Shown one piece after another: positions 48,611 through 64,000 of a stretch of DNA of 64,000 nt (the stretch's first letter is position 1; every line of letters starts with the position of its first letter). The stretch is from the human T2T-CHM13v2.0 reference genome, Homo sapiens, in the NCBI RefSeq assembly GCF_009914755.1, contig NC_060943.1; one strand, 5' to 3'. The notes beneath the pieces were generated by a model. The model ran no database searches, was not told where the DNA came from, and saw nothing but the letters and a program-made list of their open reading frames with translations. Both the position numbers and the translations under genes were made by a program.

Positions 48611-50409
48611 TAGAGTCATCATGGAAATTAAACAACCTGCTTCCAAATGACTTTTGGGTAAAGACTGAAATTAAGGCAGAAATAAAAAAATTATTTGAAA
48701 CTAATGAAAACAAACATACAACATCCCAGAATCTCTGGGACACAGCTAGAACAGTGCTCAGAGGAAGTTTCTAGTGCTATATGGCTACATTAAGAAGCTA
48801 GAAAGATCTCAAATGAACCGCCTAACATCACACCTAGAGGAATTAGAAAAACAAGAGCAAATCAACCCCAAAGCTAGCAGAAGAAAAAAAAAAAAACAAA
48901 ATCAGAGCTGAGCTGAATGAAATTGAGATGTAAAATACCATACAAAAGATCAATGAAACCCAAAGTTGATTTTTTAAAAAAATTATTTATTTATTATTTA
49001 TTCCATAAATTATTGGGGTACAGGTGGTATGTGGTTACATAAGCTCTTTAGTGGTGATTTGTGATTTTGGTGCACCCATCACCTGAGCAGTATACACTAC
49101 CCCCTATTTGTTGTCTTTTATCCCTCGCCCTCGCCAACTCGTCCCCCTAAGTCCCCAAAGTCCATTGCATCATTCTTACGCCTTTGTGTCCTCATAGCTT
49201 AGGTCCCACATATCAGTGAGAATATACGATGTTTGGTTTTCCATTCCTGAGTTACTTCACTTAGAATAATACTCTCCGGTCTCATCCAGGTCACTGCAAA
49301 TGCTGTTAATTCATACAAAGTTGATATTTTTGGAAGCATAAATAACACGGAAAGACCACTAGCTAGATTAATAAAGAAAAAAAGACAAGATCCAAACAAA
49401 CACAATCAGAAATGACAAAGGTGACATTACCACTGACCCACAGACATACAAGAAACCCTGAGACTATTCCGCATGCCTCTATGCACACAAACTAGAAAAC
49501 TAGAAGAAATAGATAAATTCCTGGAAACATAAAACCTCTCAAGATTGAACCAGGAAGAAATGGAAACCCTGAACAAACCAACGATGAGTTCCAAAATTGA
49601 GTTAGTCATACAAAACCTACCAACCAGCACAAAAAACCTTAGACTAGACGGATTCACAGTCGAATCCTACCAGATGTGTAAAGAAAAGCCGGCACCAATC
49701 CTACTGAAATTATTCCACACAATTGAGGAAGAGCAACTGCTCTCTAACTCATTTTATGAGGTCAGAGTCATTCTGATACCGAAACCTGGCAGAGACACAA
49801 CGAAAAAAGAAAAATAGGTAAAGTAATACATATGTTAATGATCTTGATTTAGCCATTCTACGGTATATACATATTTCAAAACAATATGTACCTGATAAAT
49901 ATGTACAATTTGTCAATTAAAAATATATAAAAGGAATAGGAAAAAATTCAAATGGCGCAGAATTTGAAAGGAGAAGATACAGAACAAACTCCAGTGTCTT
50001 CTTTATTCAACTAACTGAAGCACTTATTTAAATAATTAACTTGTTTAATTTATTTTAATTAAGTTAATTATTTAAATTATTTAAACAAGTGTTGAATTGC
50101 TTTAGTTTCTGCTAATTGTTCTAAATAAACAGACATAGAATACAAAAATCACAAAATGTCAGAATAAAATTTCTTTTCACAAACATACAACAAAAACTTA
50201 GCAATAATTAATGTAGTAACATAGACTGGTTTGGTGTCTTACATGTGTGAAGAACTTGTGAACAGAATTTGATTCCTCAGTTGAATATTGTTTCTAGAAT
50301 TTGAGGATCATTATTCATTCTGAGCAATCAAAGTTTAACCTAAAATTAAACAGAAAAATATTTAACTTAAAGCTAGTCCCAGAATAGCACAGCTAACATC
50401 ACACTGAAC

Positions 50410-51460
<1,051 letters not shown>

Positions 51461-51548
51461 ACATTGAAATTTTCTAAAGGACAATTTTTTCAATTTCCAA
51501 CTTTTATGTGGTTTAACATTCGTAAGCAAGTTTGTGTTCTTTGAATCA

Positions 51549-51935
<387 letters not shown>

Positions 51936-52712
51936 TCATGGAGGAAGTCAGTTCTGTAGAATGACCCCACTGCAAGATGCTCTTCCAGTGCCAGGAAGTG
52001 GATTATGTTCTAGGAGCCATGAAGGAGAGTTTACAGAAGCCCATTCTCCGCTTCATCATCATTGTAACACAATGAAAGCTGATGACATGGCTGCTTGGCT
52101 ACACTGTGTTTATCAGCTTCTCCTGCATTTAGAATGGGGGCATGTAACTACACACTCTAAGTAGGTGCTTACCCAGGTCCAGAGTCTCCAGGAATAAGAT
52201 CAATGTAGAAGAGCAGCTACAGAAGGAGTCGGTTGACTTGAATGACATAAAAATAAATCATGGTAATTGCTTAAGCCTCAGCATTTTTTTTGTACTGTCC
52301 CATTTAGATAAATGAATAGAGTTTGACAACAGTCTTTCATGTCTTTGTTGGTGCCACCAAGCTCTGAAATTCCCAAGGAACATAATGTTTCTTCACGCGC
52401 TCCATTCTCGTAGGAGGCTAACTACGATGACGTGCAATGTGACTTTTCCCTATCTTAATAGCTGGGCCCAAGGGTCTGGGAACCGATGTGAGTCATACGC
52501 CTTTCTGAAAATATTTTTTTCAAACTGTATTACTCCTGGGCCCTGCGGAAATCATTGCAGAAAGTATTTGGTATCACACTGAGCTAACAGAGAAGTGAAC
52601 CTAACTCAGGACTCTGTCTCATGTTCCTATAATCTTCCACTCTAATCACTGGATATCAGTGGTATTCCTAGTCCTTGAAAACTAATCTTTGCTCAAAACC
52701 AGTATTCAGTAG

Positions 52713-53220
<508 letters not shown>

Positions 53221-53327
53221 TGAGTTGGTGAACTGTCTTGTGCCTGGAACTGGGAGAAAAGCCATGACTCTAGCGCGATGGTTCCAGTCTGGCTGTTATA
53301 CTGTGGATCTTCTGTGCAATGAACGTC

Positions 53328-53625
<298 letters not shown>

Positions 53626-54238
53626 ACAATGAATGTCTTTAAGTGAACTGTCAGTTGAATTCATTTCTGAAAAAAACCTATGATTATCACCACCAGATGT
53701 CGCTCTTGCACCAGCCATTCTCTATGATCTGATTAGTAATTATACCCTGTTGCCTGGTATCACTTTGCTTCTTAGGGATTAATTGCCACCACCTGGGCTC
53801 AATCACACCAGGCTCTGCCTGTCTCCACTGGAACCCTGAAGCTCACTTCAAAAAGCATGGCTTTCTGCTAGCATTCCTAGAGCGGAAAAGCAAGTCAGCC
53901 ATATTCTTTACAAAAGATTTCCTATGCTTTGTGAAAGATTAAGATGAGATTTATGGGTTCACAAAGACAATGTTTCCGTTTTTTTAACCATAATCTATAG
54001 AAAGAATAGACTTTAAAATATGAGCTGACTTCTATCTATCCATCATCTATATCTTTCTATTTAGGCATCCCTATCTATCTATACAATCTCTAAACCTTTT
54101 TAGAAATAACTCATGCCATACACATGAAACACTCTGTGTTTTTCCATCCACGTTTGCAGTATTTTTAATTTAAACAATGCTGGTTGTGCTTTGATAAATG
54201 GAAGATTATGACTCACCATTTGAAAAGAGCTGGCCTAA

Positions 54239-54596
<358 letters not shown>

Positions 54597-54646
54597 CTAA
54601 GTGTTTTCTAACATAAGCATGGATAGGTTTAAGAGTGGAGGGTGGG

Positions 54647-54649
<3 letters not shown>

Positions 54650-54697
<48 letters not shown>

Positions 54698-54698
54698 G
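54650..54698. repeat. (TG)n microsatellite
   Basis: Interrupted TG run. Confidence 0.95.
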
Positions 54699-54877
54699 GT
54701 CACAGGGCCTCTGGACATTGCCATCCCCCTTCACCTCTGCACCTGCCTAATTGTCATTAAACTATCGGGACCCAGCCTGGTTGTTGTCCCTTGTCCCTTC
54801 CTAGAAGTGATCCCTGATCCTGCAGGCTGAGCAAGGGTCCCGTTCTCTGGCCTCCTCTTACCCCTGGAGTCTCTGGT

Positions 54878-56111
<1,234 letters not shown>

Positions 56112-56119
56112 CATCAGCT

Positions 56120-56230
56120 TATTTTAGATTCACAAAGACCTATGAGACTTCTATCTCCACTTTACAGATGAGGAAACTGAGTCTTAAGAGAGATCAAGAA
56201 ACTTGCCCTTCATCAATGATGCAGCCTGGA
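56120..56230 (-). mobile_element. MIR fragment
   Basis: Core motif TTTACAGATGAGGAAACTGAG...ACTTGCCC. Confidence 0.7.
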
Positions 56231-56276
56231 TAGCAAACATATCCTTTGTCCTGTTGCTCAAAGAATACTCAAGAAA

Positions 56277-56592
<316 letters not shown>

Positions 56593-56926
56593 CTTAAGGA
56601 AGCTCACAAAGCTCATAGGTGTTTAGAAAATAAACGTCCTCTGCCACGTTAAAAAAAAAAAAAAAAGGTATACTGGCAGCTGGAGTAGGAGACAACCTGC
56701 AGGGGAAGTACCTGAGCATACTGTTCTCTTCTTGGGATGTACGAATGGGGTCGATCAAGGGGACTCGAGCTGGGGTGCACACTGAGGTCCCCAGGGGAGC
56801 TTTATTTAGAAGGTGTGATGCCTGGGCGCCACCCTAGGACTTTCTGAATGAATTGATATGGGCAGCATACCGGCCATGGAGACTTTTTAAAGTTCTACAG
56901 TTGAATGTAAACTAGATCAAAGTTCA

Positions 56927-57262
<336 letters not shown>

Positions 57263-57329
57263 CTAGGGCTCAAGAGACCAGGCATTTCATTTCTTTCTTT
57301 CTTTTTTTGACTCAATGGATGTTTAATGA

Positions 57330-57672
57330 TTTAAAATTTAATTTAACTTAATTTTAGATTCAGGGGATACGTGTGCAGGTTTGTGACATAGATATATTGC
57401 ATGATGCTGAGATTTGGGCTTCAATGGATGCCGTCACCCAAATAGTGAACATAGCACCCCACAGGTAATTTTTCAACCCCTTCCTCGCACCTTCCCCCCG
57501 CTTTTGGGGTCCCCTGTGTCTATTGTTCCCATCTTTTATGTTCATGAGGTTTGTTTAGCAACCTCTTATAAGTGAAAACACGCAGTATTTGGTTTTCTGT
57601 TTCTGCATTAATTCACTTAGATGGCCTCCAGCTGCAATTATGTTGCTGCAAAGGATACGATTTCATTCTTTG
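57330..57672 (-). mobile_element. Old L1PA 3' UTR fragment
   Basis: GATTCAGGGGATACGTGTGCAGGTTTG...CTTATAAGTGAAAACACGCAGTATTTGGTTTTCTGTTTCTGCATT. Confidence 0.8.
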
Positions 57673-57734
57673 TTATAGGAGACTGGCCATTTCTAGTAAG
57701 CTGCATGCTGCTGTCTTCTTTCTCCTTTGTCTTC

Positions 57735-58139
57735 TGTATTAGTTTGCTGGGGCTGCCATAAAAAAGTAACACAGATGGGGTGGCTTAAACGACAGAGATT
57801 TATTTTCTCACTGTTCTGGAGGGTAGAAGTACAGGATCAAGGTGACATCAAGGTTGGTTTCCTCAAAGCGTCTCTCCTTGCCTTGCAGATGGCCACCCCC
57901 TTAGTCCTCACAAGGGCTCCCCTCTGTGCACACACATCCCTGGCATCTCTCTGTCTGTCCAAATTTTCTCTTCTTATAAGGACACCAGTCATATTGGATT
58001 AGTGCCTACTCTGAATACCTCATCTTAGCTTAATTGCCTCTCTAAACACCCTTTCTCCAAAAACAGTTGCATTCCGAGGTCCTGGGGGTTGGGGCTTCAA
58101 CATATGAATTTTGGAAAGGACACAGTTCAGCCCATAACA
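57735..58139 (-). mobile_element. MLT1 (MaLR) solo LTR
   Basis: TGTATTAGTTTGCTGGGGCTGCCATAA...GGTGGCTTAAAC...CTTCAACATATGAATTTT...CAGCCCATAACA. Confidence 0.82.
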
Positions 58140-58395
58140 ACATCTCTAGCCAATTCTGAGGTATTGTTTGAACATTACAGCCTACTTCCATCTGTGTTGC
58201 TAGGAAATAGAAGTTATATGTCAACCCATAGAAAGGATATTGAAGGGGAAGTCACTGATTCCTGTGGCCACCATGTTGGTAGGAACCACAGTGAATGTGA
58301 GGTGCCCGAAGGAAGATGCATCTTAGTGGATGGATGCCTGGACTCTGATGTCCACTCATCACTCTCCCTGCAAAGATTTCCCTTTTGCTAGAAAT

Positions 58396-58559
58396 GCTGG
58401 AGAAAAAGAGTTTTATTTTATTAAGAAAATTGGGGGTTACTGTATATCAGACCATTCTGACCTGCTGAAGAATCCATGGCTTTCAGGAAGAAGATTATTA
58501 CTGCTGGATGCATCAATCATGTTTTGTCTGTATCTGATAGCCAGCAGATGCAAGCAAAC
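58396..58559 (-). other. BSPH1: Non-coding 3'-terminal exon of a minus-strand gene, probably BSPH1 (binder of sperm protein homolog 1)
   Basis: Minus strand shows a pyrimidine-rich acceptor CTGATTTCTGCTTCTGTTCTTTGGGTTAG|GTTTGC at 58560/58559 and overlapping AATAAATAAA signals (58412-58421), in unique sequence. The gene identity rests on recalled synteny (BSPH1 lies on the minus strand just distal to this SNAR cluster). No BSPH1 coding sequence is in the window, and the 3' end is approximate. Confidence 0.6.
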
Positions 58560-58563
58560 CTAA

Positions 58564-59367
<804 letters not shown>

Positions 59368-59379
59368 GAAATCACTGAC

Positions 59380-59840
59380 GGCTGCCTGGAGGGTGGATTT
59401 TAGGAGGATGTGAGTGGTAACAGTAAAAGTAGCCTGGAGACTATTGTTGTTGGGGCTGGTGCTGGTGACACCAGTGCACCTGCAGACAAGTAGATGGATT
59501 TGGCACGTTTTTTGAAGACAGTCTTGGTAAAACTTGTAAATTAGTTGGACGTGGTAGACATGGGAAAGAGAAGAGTAAAAACAGACTCTTAGGTTTGGGG
59601 CTGGGCAAATGGGTGGATGGTCATGAGATGGGAAGATTATCAGAGTTCCTGGCCTGGGGATATGAAGCAGAATTGAGATTCTATTTTGTTTTGCATGATT
59701 ATTCAACATCCAAGTAAACAGATCCTTTATCCAGTTTGATATATGCTTTTGGGGTTTAGGAGATAACTCAGGACTGGAAATAGAAATTTGTGCGTCAATG
59801 ATGTATGGGGAATATTCAAGTCATGAGGCTTTATAAGATT
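59380..59840 (-). mobile_element. L2 fragment
   Basis: AGTAGATGGATTTG...GGTTTGGGGCTGGGCAAATGGGTGGATGG...ACATCCAAGT resembles L2 in antisense. Confidence 0.55.
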
Positions 59841-60027
59841 CCTGTGTCATTCAGGATTCAGTCAGGAGACAGAAACGACACCTGTAATTCAAATGGAGAA
59901 AAATGTAATATAAGGATATATTATAAATGGTGAAAGGGTATTAACTAGAAGGGATAAAGAGAATCTTAAGAACCCTAAGGAACAGCAGATTGTAGGAAGA
60001 AGCCACTACCTGTAAGGCAGGGAGAGG

Positions 60028-60692
<665 letters not shown>

Positions 60693-60979
60693 ACTTTAGA
60701 ATTTATGAGACCAGTGTCTTATTCTTCTCTTTTTCAGATATGTGGGTTGGTTGTTGTTATCCTATTTCTGTCCCAACATTGTATCATGATATGTTGGGGA
60801 AAAGGACTAAAATGTGTATTTTTAGTTCAGAAGTCTCCAAATAAGGATAGTACAAAGGTTGACTTGATGCGGATCGCAAGATCCTAATGCTGTGTCCCGA
60901 TGAGATTTGGGCACTCTTGGGATGTTGGCTAGATTGACTTGCATGTGGAATAAACATGAATAATAGTGATGAACAGGTG

Positions 60980-61355
60980 GGCTGTGATTATTTTGGTTAT
61001 TGTTTACCAAATACCCTTCTCCTCTTCCTACCATGAGCAGAATTTACTTCCCTGTCCTATTAATAGTGGACCTGTTCATGTGCCGTGATGTGGCAATGGG
61101 ATGTTAGCAGGATGGATACAAGCGGTCATTTTAAATGTGTTTCTTCAGTCTTTGTGCTTCTGCCTTTAGTCATGAGAAGAGGATGGCTCAGGTAGTCGCT
61201 CCTTATGGGAGGATGAAAAATCTGCATCTCAGAGCCGAACTAAGCCTAAATCAGACAAATCCTAGCTGACCCATGAATGCATGGTTACAAAAATAATGCT
61301 TATTATTTTGAGGGTGGTTTGTTATGCAGCAGCATTGTGAATAGCTAACTGATAC
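60980..61355 (+). mobile_element. Old MLT1 (MaLR) LTR
   Basis: 3' end GTGGTTTGTTATGCAGCA..ATAGCTAACTGATACA. Boundaries are approximate. Confidence 0.6.
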
Positions 61356-61529
61356 AGGGAGAAAAATATGGTGGTGGCACCAATGGATTCAGCAGTGGCA
61401 ACTTCCTGACTTCTGAACCACAGCCATGGTGTTGGGATCTCTAAAGCATTATCACTGGGACCGTCCCTGCTTTGGCTCTTCCTACCTTTCCAGCGATTTT
61501 GTGAGCCACTAATTCTCTGTATTTTATCG

Positions 61530-61838
61530 TTTAATTAATTAATTAATTATTTTTGAGATGGGGTCTTGCTCTATCTTCCAGGCTGGAGTGCAGTGGCATG
61601 ATCTCTCGGCTCACTGCAACTTCCGCCTTTTGGGTTCGAGCGATTCTCCTGCCTCAGCCTCCGGAGTAGCTGGGATTACAGGCGCATGCCACCAAGCCCA
61701 GCTAGTTTTCGTATTTTTAGTAGAGATGGGGTTTCACCATGTTGGCCAGGCTGGTCTCGAATTTCTGACCTCAGGTGATCTGCCCGCCTCGGCCTCCCAA
61801 AGTGCTGGGATGACAGGCGTGAGGCACCGCACCCAGCC
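61530..61838 (-). mobile_element. Antisense AluS
   Basis: Both arms. Confidence 0.9.
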
Positions 61839-62616
61839 TGTATTCTGTCTTTTAAAATAAAGAGATTTTATTGTCTGCACAGACTCATCAAAGGTCTTCT
61901 TTGACCGAATCCCTCTCATTTTTTATAGTATAGCCATATTTCTCTTGTTCTAGTCCTCAATATGCCACACCTGTTCCTGCATTAGGAACTTTGACTTGAT
62001 GTTCTCACTGTCCCCAGATAACCTTTCACTGGATCTTCACATAGCTGGCCTACCAATCTGAAACAGACTGTCTGTCACTTAATATTTTATTGCCCTAATT
62101 TTTAGCATAGCATCCATTCATACTAAATTCCTTCTTTATTAATTGAGAGCACTCCTAAGAACACGCGTCTTGTTTTATTGTGCAAGAAGGAGATTTATAA
62201 TAACATTAATATCTGTTACCAATGTGTCTTGTTCATTGTCAAAGCCTTGGAAATATAATTTGAATAAAAAGGTTTTGGAATACTGAAAAGTCTTTAGAAA
62301 TTTTTGTTCTGTCCTATGTTCATAGTCTTTGAAGAAAAAGTTATCATTCTGACTGTTTTTCATACTTGTTCATCTGCTTCGCTGGTTGTAATTGATGTCT
62401 CTGCATTCCTAAACAAGATAAATACCTGGGGTTTGCTCTATTAAATCGGAAGATAATTGGCACTTTCCTCGTCTTCAACATGTGTAAACGGTGAGTGGAA
62501 TCTAAAATCTGCTAGATTTCACAATTTAACAAGGGAGTGGTGTTGAAAGTCTTACCTCATTGAGGTTGGCAGACTGAATGCTTGATTCCAGTTGTCCCAT
62601 GCTAACCTTGATGTTC

Positions 62617-62908
62617 TTTTTTTTTTTTTTTTTTTAACTTTTAGGTTCAGGATACATGTGCAGGTTTATTATACAGGTAAATTGTGTGTCACAGGGCTTT
62701 GGCGCACATATTATTTCATCACCAACATAATAAACATAGTGCTTTATAGGTAATTTTTGTATCATCTCCCTCCTCCCACTCTCCACCATCCAGTGGGCCC
62801 TGGTGTCTGTTGTCCTTTTCTTTTCTCCATGTGTTCTCAATGCTCAGCTCCCACTTATAAGTGACAGCATGCAGTATTTGGTATTCTGTTCCTGCATTAG
62901 TTTGCTTA
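62617..62908 (-). mobile_element. Old L1PA 3' end, antisense
   Basis: T-tail followed by TTAGGTTCAGGATACATGTGCAGGTTT...CTCCCACTTATAAGTGA. Flanked by TAACCTTGAT repeats (near 62604 and 62909). Confidence 0.82.
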
Positions 62909-63272
62909 TAACCTTGATATAGTTACGTGAACCAAATATCTTACTGTATTCTTTAAGGTAGTTATATAGAGCTGGATTTTAAATAGAAATTGGAAATAGA
63001 AAATTCTTCACCATGGTTACCTCGGATGTGTGGAATTAGAATATTGAAGCTGAGGTGGAGAGAGTGTTTATTTTAATATATTAAAATAGCATAGTATTTC
63101 TTTTTAATGTAATTTTTAAAAAATTAAAAAATTCCCAGTTTTATTTCCTTCCTATATATGCGTGTGTGTGTGTGTGTATACCCACACACACATCCCCACC
63201 CCCACCCCCACACGTACGTAATTGAGAGCATATCCAGATTTGGTAAATAAGTCTTCCTATAATAATGTAGGC

Positions 63273-63675
<403 letters not shown>

Positions 63676-64000
63676 TCACTTCTAGGGAACAGTCTCCTGT
63701 CATTTTATTGGTACCATCTCATCAATCACCAGCACGCTCAATTAATTCATTTTAGGACAACTCATCCATCTCTGTGGTCCTTCCACCTCCATGGGGATCC
63801 ATATGTGTGCACACAAACACATACACTTTTCATTCATAACGACAATAAAAAGTACAGCTCCCATTTTATTCTGCAAATATTTTGAGGTTAAGAGAAAGGG
63901 GAAGCTGGTTGAAATTCTGGTTCAACATTTGAGAGTTGCTGGTTGCTACAACAGTTGGTTGTTGAGAGATTGGACCCTTCCTTTCAGCCAGAAAAGAAAG

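Noticed and set aside
56820-56842. Possible reverse CTCF site (GGCGCCACCCTAGG)
   Set aside because: Only the GGTGGCGC half fits the consensus, and the region looks like a decayed MER5-type fragment.
63840-63870. AATAAA signals on both strands near the window end
   Set aside because: No supporting splice acceptor is visible within the window, and such hexamers are common in AT-rich DNA.

Overview
Primate (human-like) genomic DNA, identifiable as the distal part of the snaR (small NF90-associated RNA) tandem array; the chr19q13.3 placement is from recall, not from a search. Positions 1-50013 hold 9 complete ~5.39-kb head-to-tail units plus a 1522-bp partial unit. Each complete unit carries one 119-nt Pol III snaR gene of the B/C type. 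The 9 genes are identical by eye and embedded in Alu, L1, L2, MER33 and LTR debris. Each gene is preceded by an invariant ~140-bp cassette of near-consensus Pol II-type sites: CTCF with upstream motif, CRE, CCAAT, TCF/LEF and NBRE. The array ends sharply at 50013 with a more diverged last ~850 bp. The remaining 14 kb is repeat-rich unique DNA with a minus-strand non-coding terminal exon (probably BSPH1) and a second candidate spliced 3' end. No credible protein-coding ORF is present; the ORF track is essentially Alu, L1 and microsatellite artefact. Repeat family names come from recalled consensus sequences.
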